DNA of 64,000 nt from Candidatus Sumerlaeaceae bacterium (GTDB lineage Bacteria > Sumerlaeota > Sumerlaeia > Sumerlaeales > Sumerlaeaceae), in assembly GCA_051003195.1 (NCBI GenBank), contig JBPCLP010000025.1, positions 32,001 to 96,000 of the forward strand, written 5' to 3'. Shown piece by piece: positions 8,392 to 17,798 of the stretch. The notes beneath the pieces are model-generated. The model saw nothing but the letters and a program-made list of their open reading frames with translations, made no database searches and had not been told where the DNA came from. Made by a program: the position numbers and the translations under genes. Within the stretch, counting starts at the first letter, position 1. Each line of letters begins with the position of its first letter.

Positions 8392-9984
8392 ATGTCGGCG
8401 CGTATCCTCGTAAGTGACAGCCTTTCAGACGAAGGCATGAACATCCTCAAGAACAGCGGCTACGAGGTGGTTCATAAGCCCGATATCTCGATGGAAGATC
8501 TCGCAAAGGAGATTGCCGACTACGACGCGCTGGTGATCCGCAGCCGTACAAACGTGACTGCCGACGTGCTGCAAAATGCCAAAAAGCTCAAGGTTGTGGG
8601 TCGCGCGGGAGTGGGGCTGGACAATGTCGACGTGCCTACGGCGACCAAGCTGGGAGTCATCGTGATGAACACGCCGGCAGGCAACACGCTTTCTACCGCG
8701 GAGCACAGCATGGCGATGATCACGACCCTGGCCCGCAGCATCCCGCAGGCGGACCGCTCGATGCACGAGGGCCGGTGGGACAAAAAGAAGTATGTGGGCG
8801 TGGAGCTTTACGGAAAAACGCTGGGCATCTGCGGCCTCGGACGCATCGGGAGCGAAGTCGCCCGTCGAGCGCTGGCGTACGGCATGCACATCCTCGCGTA
8901 CGACCCGTTCATGAACGAAGAAACCGTTAATCGCCTGGGAATTACAAAAGCGTCGGTGGAAGAGATTTGCCGCAAGGCGGACTTCATTACAGTCCACTCG
9001 CCTCTCAACCCGCAGACAAAGAACATGATCGGCCGCGAGCAGTTCGCGATGATGAAGAAGGGCGTGCGGATCATTAACTGCGCGCGCGGCGGAATCGTCA
9101 GCGAGGAGGCACTACTGGAGGCTCTGCAGAATGGCACCGTAGCCGGGGCTGCGCTTGACGTTTTCGAGACGGAGCCTCTCCCTGCGGATCATCCATTTCG
9201 CGCGATGGAGAATGTTGTGATGACGCCGCACCTCGGCGCAGCGACGAGCGAGGCGCAGGAGGGCGTGGCGCGCGATGTGGCCGAGCAGATTGTGGATGTG
9301 CTGGCGGGGCGGATCGTGCGAAACGCGATCAATGCGCCATCGGTGGAGCCGGCGATTCTCGAGCAGCTCGCGCCTTACATCGATCTGGCGCGGCGCATGG
9401 GACGCTTCATGTCCCAGTTTGTGAACTCCCCCGCCAAGGCGCTGCGCGTGTACTACAGCGGCAGTGTCCTGGATTACCCGGTGGCCAGCGTAACCACTGC
9501 GGCCGTCATGGGTTTCCTGGAGCCGATCAGCGAGGGGAACGTTATTAACTTTGTGAACGCCGGCCCGATCGCAAAAGAACGCGGGATCGAAGTTATCGAG
9601 CAGAAGTCGACCAAGCTCTACAATTTTGCGAATCTGATCACAGTGGAGATCGATGCCGAAGATGGCACGCAGCACTTCATTGGCGGTACGCTGTTTACGA
9701 AAGACAATCCGCGCATCGTTGTGCTGAACGACAAGTTCTTCGACGTGGTTCCCGAAGGCAACCTGATCGTCATTGAAAACCGCGATGTGCCCGGCATTAT
9801 CGGCAGTGTGGGAACACTGCTGGGTAAGCACCAGATCAACATCGCGCAGATGACATGGGGACGAACACAACCCGGGCATGACGCTATCACCGTAATTAAC
9901 GTGGATCAGGATGTGACGGAGGAAACGTTGAAAGAACTCGCCGCGCTGCCCAACATTATTACGGCAAAGCTGATCAGGATTTAA
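8392..9984 (+). CDS. serA: D-3-phosphoglycerate dehydrogenase (long form, ASB+ACT)
   Basis: GRAGVGLDNVD, GLGRIG, NCARGG, LDVFETEP, TPHLGA and NRDVPGIIG. Confidence 0.95.
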   Translation: MSARILVSDSLSDEGMNILKNSGYEVVHKPDISMEDLAKEIADYDALVIRSRTNVTADVLQNAKKLKVVGRAGVGLDNVDVPTATKLGVIVMNTPAGNTLSTAEHSMAMITTLARSIPQADRSMHEGRWDKKKYVGVELYGKTLGICGLGRIGSEVARRALAYGMHILAYDPFMNEETVNRLGITKASVEEICRKADFITVHSPLNPQTKNMIGREQFAMMKKGVRIINCARGGIVSEEALLEALQNGTVAGAALDVFETEPLPADHPFRAMENVVMTPHLGAATSEAQEGVARDVAEQIVDVLAGRIVRNAINAPSVEPAILEQLAPYIDLARRMGRFMSQFVNSPAKALRVYYSGSVLDYPVASVTTAAVMGFLEPISEGNVINFVNAGPIAKERGIEVIEQKSTKLYNFANLITVEIDAEDGTQHFIGGTLFTKDNPRIVVLNDKFFDVVPEGNLIVIENRDVPGIIGSVGTLLGKHQINIAQMTWGRTQPGHDAITVINVDQDVTEETLKELAALPNIITAKLIRI

Positions 9985-10006
9985 GTTCGAACAGCAAACT
10001 GCGACT

Positions 10007-10548
10007 TCGCTATCGCGTTCGCGTTTCGCGTTCGAAATCTTCGTCGGGTGGAGAGCAGTCGTATTCCGCTTCTGCTTCCTGCACGCGGTAACCACGGTTT
10101 CCAAGTTTCGTGAGCATTGCAGCAATTCGATTAAGGATCTGCTTCTGCTCGAAATTCTGTTCTGCTGAAAGAGCACCGCAGACTTCAAGAATGTCCTGAG
10201 CGGCAGCGCACTCTACAGCAGACCCACGAGCTATTTCAAAGTACCGGCGCCGATCTGCGTCGCCAGCCTTGCCATTTCCCTCGGCGATATTTAGCGGAAT
10301 GGATTGGGAGGCGCGCAAAAGCTGGTCCTTTACGTTCTTGTATTTCGGGGTCAAATCATTAACGTACTGAAATACCCAGGCGACATACTGCAGCGAAAGA
10401 CGATATACGTCTAGCTTCTCGTGGCCGAACAGCAACATGTTGAGGCCTCCGATGCGTAATTGGAATTGCAGGAATTTAGAAGCGAAAAACAGCTAATCAA
10501 CGTTTACTGCTTAGAGTGGCGAACTTCGAGACGCGAACGCGATAGCGA
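10007..10548. mobile_element. Inverted-repeat-bounded element carrying a four-helix-bundle gene
   Basis: 22-bp inverted repeats 10007-10028 and 10527-10548 (1 mismatch) made of GCGTTC-like units; mobility is inferred, not shown. Confidence 0.55.
10010..10438 (-). CDS. Four helix bundle protein (23S rRNA IVS / bAvd-like family)
   Basis: HEKLDVY, DQLLRASQSIPLNIAEGNG and FEIARGSAVEC signature. Confidence 0.92.
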   Translation of the reverse strand: MLLFGHEKLDVYRLSLQYVAWVFQYVNDLTPKYKNVKDQLLRASQSIPLNIAEGNGKAGDADRRRYFEIARGSAVECAAAQDILEVCGALSAEQNFEQKQILNRIAAMLTKLGNRGYRVQEAEAEYDCSPPDEDFERETRTR

Positions 10549-10564
10549 GACGCGAAGTTTGGAC

Positions 10565-11659
10565 TTAAACCCTCTTCTTCCGGTTCCGAACGTAGTCGGT
10601 AAAGATGAAGGAGCCGAGGTTGTCAAGCGAGGCGTAGTACGCGCGGCCCTTGTTCGCCTTGGTCAGCTTGTCGACGAAGTCCTTCAGGTAGGGGTCGCTC
10701 GTCAGCATGAAGGTAGTGATGACGATACCCTTGCGGCGGCACTGGACCGCTTCGTTGATGGTCTGGTTGACAATTTTGGGGTCGAGGCCGAACGGGTTTT
10801 TGTATATCATGCCGCCTTCGAAAATCGCGCTCGGTTTGCCATCGGTAATCATGAAGATCTGTTTGTTCACCTGGCGTTTGGAGTTGAGGACTTTTTGCGC
10901 AAGCTCGAGCCCGGCTTTGGTGTTGGTGTGGAAGGGACCCACGCTGATGTAAGGCAGATCGCGCAGTGAGACAAGCTGCGCGTCATCGCCGAACAGGCCA
11001 ACCTCCAGCGTGTCCTTGGGGTAGCGCGTCTGGATGAACTCCGCCAGTGCCATTGCCACTTTCTTGGCGGGGGTGATGCGATCCTCGCCGTAGAGTATCA
11101 TGGAGTGGGAGATATCGACGAGCATCATCGTCGCGCACGAGGTCGCCTGTTCGCGGTGGTTCACCTCGAGGTCGTCCTCCTCCATGGTAAACTCTTCAAG
11201 CCCGTGCTTTCGGACAGCGTTCTGGATTGAACGGGTGAAGTCGATGTCATTCACCATGTCGCCAAATTGAAACCGTCGCGTCTCCGGCAGTTTCTCGCCG
11301 CCTTCGCCGGAGTAGTTGGTACGGTGACTGCCGCCAATGTTGTCGCGTTTTAGAGATGCAAAGATTTCCTCAAAGGCGTCGGTCCGAATCTTTTGCTCGC
11401 CCTTGTCGGTCAGCTCGAAGCGTTGCGTCTGGTCGTTGGATCGGACATAGTTCTGATCGTGGAGGTACTCCTTGAAGTTCTCCATGGTGAAGTTCTCATC
11501 GAAAAATCCGTAGCGCCTGCCGAGGTATTCCATCCACTTGAGTGCCTTCTCAACGTCGCCGGCGCTCTGTGTCAGCAGGTGTGTGAAGAGTTTCATCAGG
11601 TTCTTCAGCGTCATCTGCTGGGTGATGCTTTCGTCCCAGTGGCTATAACGTACGCGCAT
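10565..11659 (-). CDS. VWA domain-containing protein
   Basis: MIDAS motif DISHSM, HTNT and ITDGKP. Confidence 0.88.
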   Translation of the reverse strand: MRVRYSHWDESITQQMTLKNLMKLFTHLLTQSAGDVEKALKWMEYLGRRYGFFDENFTMENFKEYLHDQNYVRSNDQTQRFELTDKGEQKIRTDAFEEIFASLKRDNIGGSHRTNYSGEGGEKLPETRRFQFGDMVNDIDFTRSIQNAVRKHGLEEFTMEEDDLEVNHREQATSCATMMLVDISHSMILYGEDRITPAKKVAMALAEFIQTRYPKDTLEVGLFGDDAQLVSLRDLPYISVGPFHTNTKAGLELAQKVLNSKRQVNKQIFMITDGKPSAIFEGGMIYKNPFGLDPKIVNQTINEAVQCRRKGIVITTFMLTSDPYLKDFVDKLTKANKGRAYYASLDNLGSFIFTDYVRNRKKRV

Positions 11660-11705
11660 GGCAGGAGCTACATCAAACCGAGTCTAAAATTGACCGCCCG
11701 CGTTA

Positions 11706-14636
11706 CTACTCGGCGCTGAAATAACTGACGTGTACGGGGACGGCCGCGGCAAACCCGTGATACTCGCCGGGATCGACATTGCCGTTGCCGTTTGTCGTAG
11801 CGGGAGCCTGCACGGCGCTCACCAGCACAGAGGCGTCGGCTGTGCCGTAGGCAACCGCCGCGATGTAAAGCGTGGGTGGGATGGCGGCCTGCGAGCCGTA
11901 AAGCTGGGCAAGGTCGACTGTGCCCTCGATCACCCCCGTCGCGCCGCCGTCTGCTTTGGCTGTCATGGCTGAAAGTGCCTGGGCCTGGGCGGCATCGAAC
12001 CAGCCAGAGAAGCTGTTGTCGACCTCGTCTGCCAGGAACGTCTTCCATGTGAGCACGCTGCCGCCCTTGGCCCACATAGCTGTGTGGCTGCTTGCTGCAT
12101 CGTTGCCGATGAGGATGAAGTGATCGCGCGAGGACGACGCTCCGTTCGTTGCGACGTAGAGCAGGTTTCCAAACTGCGAAGCCCAGAGCTTCAGACCAGA
12201 CGGGTTGTCAGCGCGCAGCATGGCATTGCTTTCAGCGATCCCATCCAACGTCCACGGCGAAGTCGGCGGCGGCACTCCCGCAGTGACACTGAAGTGCCAG
12301 TCCGCCCCGCCGTTGTTGTCCCAGTTCGAGCCGCCGTCGTTGGTCACCGCATCGAGCTGCGTGGCACTTGCCGAAATTGTGACGGTCGTCTCCCACCGGG
12401 CGGAGGTTGAATTCCATAACATCGTGAGATCCGGACTAACGGCGGCCCAATTGTTGATGCCGTAGTGGAGCTTCACCGTCACCGCGCTGGAGATTGGTCC
12501 GCCCACTGGATTGTACTGCATCATAGCTTGCTGTCCTGCGACTGGCGTGGCAGGTATTACGGTCATGCGCTGGCCGCCTCCACCACCGCCACCGCTTCCC
12601 GTCAGCGTGCCGACGTACACGTGCTGGATGACCGAGCGCGCGGTATTTCCCTGCGAATCGACCGCCTCGACGTAATAGTCGAGCAGCTTTCCTGCCTGAC
12701 CGGTGATTGCGGCACTCGCGTGATCCGCAATGTAGGTTGGAAGCACGCTGTAGTCGATTCCAGACTTGTTGTAGATGTTTGTCTTCGGGAAGGCGCGAAG
12801 ATTCATAGCAGTCGATTGCCAGGCTCCGACTTCCGCACCGCCCGCGAACGTCTCATTTTGTGTGCTGGCGATCGGGTTCTGTCCGTCGCCGTCGACGCGC
12901 CATTTCAACGAGACGCTTCCCAGTCCGCTCGCATCGGAGACAAACGTCCAGACGGTGAAATCTGGACCGAGGGTCTTCTGCACGTAGCCAGTCTCGACTC
13001 CAAAGTTCACCGCTCCCGGGTTGTACGGCCATCGCTGCGGCAGCCAGATGCTCGGCTCTGTAAGGTCGGTGAAAGAACTGCCCAGCACGAGGTTCGCATT
13101 GGTTACCGCTTCGTTGCAGCCCACGGTCGCCTTAATCTCCATGTCGCCGGGTGTGCCGTAGTAAACATTGCCGCTGTCGAGCGAGCCCAGGTAGTAGTGC
13201 CATGCACGCTCGACAGGGCTGGTGGAGGCGCCGGGACTGAGGATCTGGTCCAGGTCGGGAGCAACGCCGCTGACCCGCTCCGCAGTTCGAACGCGGTTCT
13301 CGGCGGCAAGCATTACCGCGTACTCACGCGGCTTCTCGTGCCAGCCGTTGACGGGATCGATCTGCCCGCTTGAATCCAGCAGGGGGTAATTCCAATTGAT
13401 GAACGTCGGGCTTCCGAAATCGCCATCTGCATTCACCCAGGGTCCATCTTCTACGTGAACAACCGCGCTGGACGGCACAGGATAGCTTGCGAGGTACTGC
13501 TGGATGGTAGTTGGCCCATAGCCAGCGGAGACGGCACTGCTGGCAAAATTCTGTACGTCGTTCATGTAGTAACTGAAGCCGCCACCGTAGGCATTATCCC
13601 CGTCGTGTGCGAGCAGCACCAGCATTGGGCGCGCAGGATCGTTAAAGGGAGTAACCGGCGACAGCTGGCCCGCGCCGAAAGACTGATATCCGTCGACCCA
13701 GCCAAACTCCTGCGCGGCGGGTACAACCACGAGCTTTTCGACAACGCCTGTATTTGGGTTTACCCATTGAGCCTGCTGCGGAGTGTACGCCAGCGGCGAA
13801 GCATTGGCAGGCGCGCACCCACGCGAGATTGTCTGGCGATAGTAATTTGTCTGGGTGGTATTCTGAACATCGGCTAAGTTTGGCGGCTGGCAGTTCTCTC
13901 CACCACTGCCGAACTGCAGGGGGAAATCGGCGCAAGCGCGAGAGATGTGATTGCCTGAGACAATGCTCCAGTCGATCCCCTGCGCTTTGAGGAGCGGGAT
14001 GAGGTGCTCGCTGAAAGCCATTTCGGTGGGGAAGTATCCGCGGGAAAGTTGCGCGGTGCTCAAGCCCCAGCGCTGTTCCATCTTGCGGCGCATGAGACGC
14101 AGTTCCATTTCCACAGTCTTGCTGGTTTGAAGCGGGCCCAGTGAATGATGGAACGTGAAGTTTACGATGTCGAGGCGTGGGTATGCGCCGCTGGTGGTCC
14201 AGCCGTGGGCCTGGATGAACGAGTTTTGCCAGCCGGCGAAATAGCTCGCCTGGTTTCCGGAAAGCGAATCGACATTCTCGATCAGCGAACCCGAGTACGT
14301 AAGCTGCGCGCCTGCATTTGTATGGCCGAGGAGGGTCTGTATACTGTCACGCACGCGGTACTGGTACGCGGCCTCGCGGTCATCCACTCCGAAGATGCCA
14401 CTCACATCATCAAAAGGATAAGAGCGTCCGCCAATCTTTGCCGCGATGGTGTCCCAGGCGACTTCATATCGGTCAGGCGCGGTGGCGCGCTTTCCGTTCC
14501 AGTAAATCGGCTGGTGCAGATGCCAGAGCCAGGTGGTTTGAACGGGCGCAGTAATGCCAGTTGTTGCGATGGCGAAAAAGGCGAACGCCGCGGCGGGGGA
14601 AGTGGCAATTCGAACGGTCATCTGCCGATAGGACAT
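11706..14636 (-). CDS. Secreted GH57-like glycoside hydrolase with a starch-binding (CBM25-like) module
   Basis: WHLHQPIYW, FPTEMAFS and LAHDGDN; LHYGINNW...WDNNGGADWHF module; signal-peptide-like N-terminus. Confidence 0.7.
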   Translation of the reverse strand: MSYRQMTVRIATSPAAAFAFFAIATTGITAPVQTTWLWHLHQPIYWNGKRATAPDRYEVAWDTIAAKIGGRSYPFDDVSGIFGVDDREAAYQYRVRDSIQTLLGHTNAGAQLTYSGSLIENVDSLSGNQASYFAGWQNSFIQAHGWTTSGAYPRLDIVNFTFHHSLGPLQTSKTVEMELRLMRRKMEQRWGLSTAQLSRGYFPTEMAFSEHLIPLLKAQGIDWSIVSGNHISRACADFPLQFGSGGENCQPPNLADVQNTTQTNYYRQTISRGCAPANASPLAYTPQQAQWVNPNTGVVEKLVVVPAAQEFGWVDGYQSFGAGQLSPVTPFNDPARPMLVLLAHDGDNAYGGGFSYYMNDVQNFASSAVSAGYGPTTIQQYLASYPVPSSAVVHVEDGPWVNADGDFGSPTFINWNYPLLDSSGQIDPVNGWHEKPREYAVMLAAENRVRTAERVSGVAPDLDQILSPGASTSPVERAWHYYLGSLDSGNVYYGTPGDMEIKATVGCNEAVTNANLVLGSSFTDLTEPSIWLPQRWPYNPGAVNFGVETGYVQKTLGPDFTVWTFVSDASGLGSVSLKWRVDGDGQNPIASTQNETFAGGAEVGAWQSTAMNLRAFPKTNIYNKSGIDYSVLPTYIADHASAAITGQAGKLLDYYVEAVDSQGNTARSVIQHVYVGTLTGSGGGGGGGQRMTVIPATPVAGQQAMMQYNPVGGPISSAVTVKLHYGINNWAAVSPDLTMLWNSTSARWETTVTISASATQLDAVTNDGGSNWDNNGGADWHFSVTAGVPPPTSPWTLDGIAESNAMLRADNPSGLKLWASQFGNLLYVATNGASSSRDHFILIGNDAASSHTAMWAKGGSVLTWKTFLADEVDNSFSGWFDAAQAQALSAMTAKADGGATGVIEGTVDLAQLYGSQAAIPPTLYIAAVAYGTADASVLVSAVQAPATTNGNGNVDPGEYHGFAAAVPVHVSYFSAE

Positions 14637-14786
14637 GCCAAGGCGTCCTGATAATCAACCGCCAAGTTAAACCGGTTTAAGATCGACTGGCAGATTAGGC
14701 TTGCGGCCATGCAGATATTGCACGGCAATAGCAGGGCCACCTTTGCTGAAAGGCTTTATTAACACCGCTATTTTTGAGAGACAGAG

Positions 14787-15728
14787 ATGACCATCTGTAA
14801 TGTTGAAGATTATACGTCTTCGGGTTGGGATTCCGCAGCAAGCGCGAGCCAGTCGGCGCGTGCGTACTGCGAGCACCTTGAGCGTGGCGAAATTCTCTAC
14901 TTCCCGCAGTCCCCGATCGCGTTGTCGCAGGAGGACCGGGAGTTTCTTTTGTCAGCGGAGCAAGCAGGTACCCGGCTGCACAAGAATATCGCATATCGGC
15001 CAGCACAAGATCGGGTGACCGGGCTCTCGAATGAAACGTCTGCCACGGACCTGGCGAATGTACGCGCCGTGATGGGGCGATTTTCCGGGAACGTGGTAAA
15101 GTTTGTCAGCGATTTCCTGAAGCCGTACGACGGAAAGTGGAAGCTGGACTACGCCAGCTATCGTCCAATTGAAGAAGAAGGACGCGATCTTGCAACGCGC
15201 TCGCGTAATGACCTTGTGCATGTCGATAACTTCCCCACCCGGCCAACAAATGGCGACCTGATCATGCGCGTGTTTCTGAACATCAACCCAACCCAGAATC
15301 GGGTGTGGGTCACTGGTCCGCCGTTTCATGAAGTAGTGGACGAACACGCCCCGAAGGCCGGTCTGGCTGAAGTGGCTGCACGCGTGGGGTCTGCGCTTGC
15401 AGGTGTCACGCGTACCGCCGTTCGGGCCAGGAAAGCGCTTGGTCTGCCGCTGATTGATCGCCCGCCCTACGACCAATTCATGCACAATTTTCATAACTAT
15501 ATGAAAGAAACGGAAGGGTTCCAGAAAACCGTACGGAAGGAACGCTCTGAGTTTCCGCCCGGTTCCACATGGATTGTGTTTACCGATAAGGTACCGCACG
15601 CGGTGATGTCGGGACGTTGCGCGCTGGAACAGACCTTTATCATTTCTAAAGAAGCCCTCGTGCTGCCGGAACTGGCGCCCATACGAATTCTCGAAAAGAT
15701 GACCGGCCAGGCACTTTCCCGGCGCTGA
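14787..15728 (+). CDS. Kdo hydroxylase family protein (KdoO-like)
   Basis: LERGEILYFP, KNIAY, HVDNFPTRP, RVFLNINP and FTDKVPHAVMSG..ALEQT. Confidence 0.82.
   Translation: MTICNVEDYTSSGWDSAASASQSARAYCEHLERGEILYFPQSPIALSQEDREFLLSAEQAGTRLHKNIAYRPAQDRVTGLSNETSATDLANVRAVMGRFSGNVVKFVSDFLKPYDGKWKLDYASYRPIEEEGRDLATRSRNDLVHVDNFPTRPTNGDLIMRVFLNINPTQNRVWVTGPPFHEVVDEHAPKAGLAEVAARVGSALAGVTRTAVRARKALGLPLIDRPPYDQFMHNFHNYMKETEGFQKTVRKERSEFPPGSTWIVFTDKVPHAVMSGRCALEQTFIISKEALVLPELAPIRILEKMTGQALSRR
15588..15701 (+). repeat. Direct repeat copy 1 (Kdo hydroxylase 3' region)
   Basis: 114 bp, 113/114 identical to 16465-16578. Confidence 0.95.
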
Positions 15729-15761
15729 GCGAACATGGCGTGATTAAAGGCATGTGCGCAC

Positions 15762-15793
15762 TGTATTACCAACTTAGCAGTTATGTATTACAT
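15762..15793 (+). promoter_or_regulatory. Putative antitoxin operator
   Basis: TGTATTAC twice (15762, 15784); ATGTA-T-TACAT palindrome at 15783-15793 just upstream of an RHH antitoxin. Confidence 0.5.
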
Positions 15794-15806
15794 GCGAGAG
15801 ACAAAC

Positions 15807-16040
15807 GTGAAAACAATCTCACTACGGTTGCCGGATGAACTTGCCGTCGCGTTGGAGGCCGCCGCCAGGCGCCGCCGCGTCAGTACCTCAGCCTTCGTTC
15901 GTAATGCCGTTCAACACAGCCTGAATGACCAAAGCGAGCGCATCAGTTGTTTTGACCTGTCCGCTGATCTTGTCGGAGGATCCTCCGGCCCGGCAGATCT
16001 ATCCACGAATTCCCAATATATGCTGAACTTTGCTAAGTGA
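15807..16040 (+). CDS. CopG/ribbon-helix-helix antitoxin
   Basis: KTISLRLPDELAVALEAAARRRRVSTSAFVRNAV; overlaps the toxin start; GTG start at 15807. Confidence 0.85.
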   Translation: MKTISLRLPDELAVALEAAARRRRVSTSAFVRNAVQHSLNDQSERISCFDLSADLVGGSSGPADLSTNSQYMLNFAK

Positions 16041-16456
16041 AGTCCCTCGATCTGCTCGATACCAGCTTTGTGGTCGCTCTATTGAACCGGAGCGACGCGC
16101 ATCATCATTGGGCAAAGTCACTTTGGACGGAATTAAAACCGCCTGTACTCACGTGCGAGGCCGTATGCGCCGAGACGATGCACCTGATGCGCAATTGTTC
16201 AGGTGGTGGACGTGAGCTTTTGGAGCTGATAAGCCGCGGCATCGTTGTAATCCGGTTCCAGGCCGGTGAACATGCGGCCGCTTTGAAACTGCTTATGCAA
16301 AAGTATGCAGATCTCCCAATGTCTTTTGCTGATGCATGCCTTGTTAGAATGGCGGAACTGGAGCCAAACTCCCGCGTCTTCACAGCCGACAGCGATTTCA
16401 CGATTTACCGTCGCCATGGACGACAAAGGATAATAACAGAATTGCCTCGCACCTAA
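16037..16456 (+). CDS. vapC: PIN-domain (VapC-like) toxin
   Basis: LLDTSFVVALL, TCEAVCAE, MSFADACLV and FTADSDF; acidic active-site residues present. Confidence 0.9.
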   Translation: MKSLDLLDTSFVVALLNRSDAHHHWAKSLWTELKPPVLTCEAVCAETMHLMRNCSGGGRELLELISRGIVVIRFQAGEHAAALKLLMQKYADLPMSFADACLVRMAELEPNSRVFTADSDFTIYRRHGRQRIITELPRT

Positions 16457-16464
16457 GCCGACTG

Positions 16465-16602
16465 AAGGTACCGCACGCGGTGATGTCGGGACGTTGCGCG
16501 CTGGAACAGACCTTTATCATTTCTAAAGAGGCCCTCGTGCTGCCGGAACTGGCGCCCATACGAATTCTCGAAAAGATGTCGGGAGCGCAACTGGCGTATT
16601 AA
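16465..16602 (+). repeat. Direct repeat copy 2: orphan Kdo hydroxylase 3' end with alternative C-terminus
   Basis: 16465-16578 repeats 15588-15701, then reads ...EKMSGAQLAY* instead of ...EKMTGQALSRR*. Confidence 0.95.
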
Positions 16603-16614
16603 AGTTTAAGCCGT

Positions 16615-17376
16615 CTACTTCAGGCCGATGCCCGGCCCCCACCAGTAGATGTCACCTCCACTTAACGTTCCGTTTGTTGGATCGTAAGGACGCGGATCGC
16701 CCTCATAGCTTACCGTCTGGTTGATCTGCAGATCGTCAAAGTTATCGTAGTCGGTGTCCGGCGCGTGACTGATGAGAGACCACACGACCGCGTCATTCAT
16801 GTAGTCGCCGATCTCAAGAAACACATGCCGGGGTGGCGATGCAGAAAACTTGAGCTGCAGGCCTTTGTGGACAAGCGTGTATAGAAACCGGACCGGATAG
16901 CGGTCAGCGCTCGGCTGTGGCGCATTTGGGTTTGCGCTGAAGTCCTCATCATTTCCATAATGAAATGGGTGCGGCTGTCCTTCGTAGGGCTCAGCCGGCC
17001 TCTTGTTCGGGAACTGGTCGTCAGGAATACTGGTGAGGTAAGCGACTGGGCTCGTAATCCGGGTGGGAACGCAGAAGTTGTAGCAGCGCTCGTTCAGACT
17101 ACCCGGGGACGTGCGCGGATAGGATGGAAAGCCTTTGTCATGTGAATTGAGGTAGAACGGGTACTTGTTTTCATCGACACGATAGGACTCGATCGCGGTC
17201 GCGATGGTGCGCATGTCCGACTTTACGCGGCTGACTTTGGAACGTGTCTGCGCTTCAAGGAAGTTTACGACAGCGATGCTGGCCAGAATGGCGATAATGG
17301 CAACGACGATAAGAAGTTCAATCAGCGTAAAAGCGCTGCGATGCGGCTTTCGACCCCGAAACGGCCCAGTGCTCAT
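16615..17376 (-). CDS. Prepilin-type (GspG-like) protein
   Basis: SAFTLIELLIVVAIIAILASIAVVNFLEAQTRSKV; YDPTNGTLSGGD. Confidence 0.85.
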   Translation of the reverse strand: MSTGPFRGRKPHRSAFTLIELLIVVAIIAILASIAVVNFLEAQTRSKVSRVKSDMRTIATAIESYRVDENKYPFYLNSHDKGFPSYPRTSPGSLNERCYNFCVPTRITSPVAYLTSIPDDQFPNKRPAEPYEGQPHPFHYGNDEDFSANPNAPQPSADRYPVRFLYTLVHKGLQLKFSASPPRHVFLEIGDYMNDAVVWSLISHAPDTDYDNFDDLQINQTVSYEGDPRPYDPTNGTLSGGDIYWWGPGIGLK

Positions 17377-17798
17377 CACTCCTCCGGTTTGGCAACACCT
17401 TCGGCTGCCGGGGCCTCGGCGTTCTCGCCTTCCACGCGTACAGGCTGCTCGCGCTCGATCTTTTTCAACAAGGTATTAATGCGCGCAGCCGTGCGGCCGG
17501 TGTCATCCAGCTTGAATGTGAGGTTCGGCGTGTATCGAAGATGCACGCGTTCGGCAACGCCTCGCTTTAAAAAGCCACCTGCCTGGTTCAGCGCAGCAAT
17601 TGCTTCAGCGCTGGTTTTGTCGTCCGCCAGGACACTCACAAATATCTGTGCATTATGCAGGTCTTTCGAGGTGTGGACCGTATTAACCGTGACCATAACC
17701 TCGGTCAGTCGCGGGTCTTTAAGTTCCGTGAGAATCAGGTCCGCCAGTGCGGAACGAATTTCTTCGCTGATGCGCCGGGTGCGAGAGTGCAATGTCAT
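17376..17798 (-). CDS. rbfA: Ribosome-binding factor A
   Basis: RTRRISEEIR, ELKDPRL, SKDLHNAQIFVS and LRYTPNLTFKLD; start at ATG 17798. Confidence 0.93.
   Translation of the reverse strand: MTLHSRTRRISEEIRSALADLILTELKDPRLTEVMVTVNTVHTSKDLHNAQIFVSVLADDKTSAEAIAALNQAGGFLKRGVAERVHLRYTPNLTFKLDDTGRTAARINTLLKKIEREQPVRVEGENAEAPAAEGVAKPEE

Noticed and set aside
3352..16602. Diversity-generating retroelement reading of the gene-tail repeats (TR/VR), given an Avd-like four-helix-bundle gene at 10010
   Set aside because: No reverse transcriptase is seen. The few mismatches are silent, and the non-coding copies do not hold adenines at the variable sites as a template repeat would.
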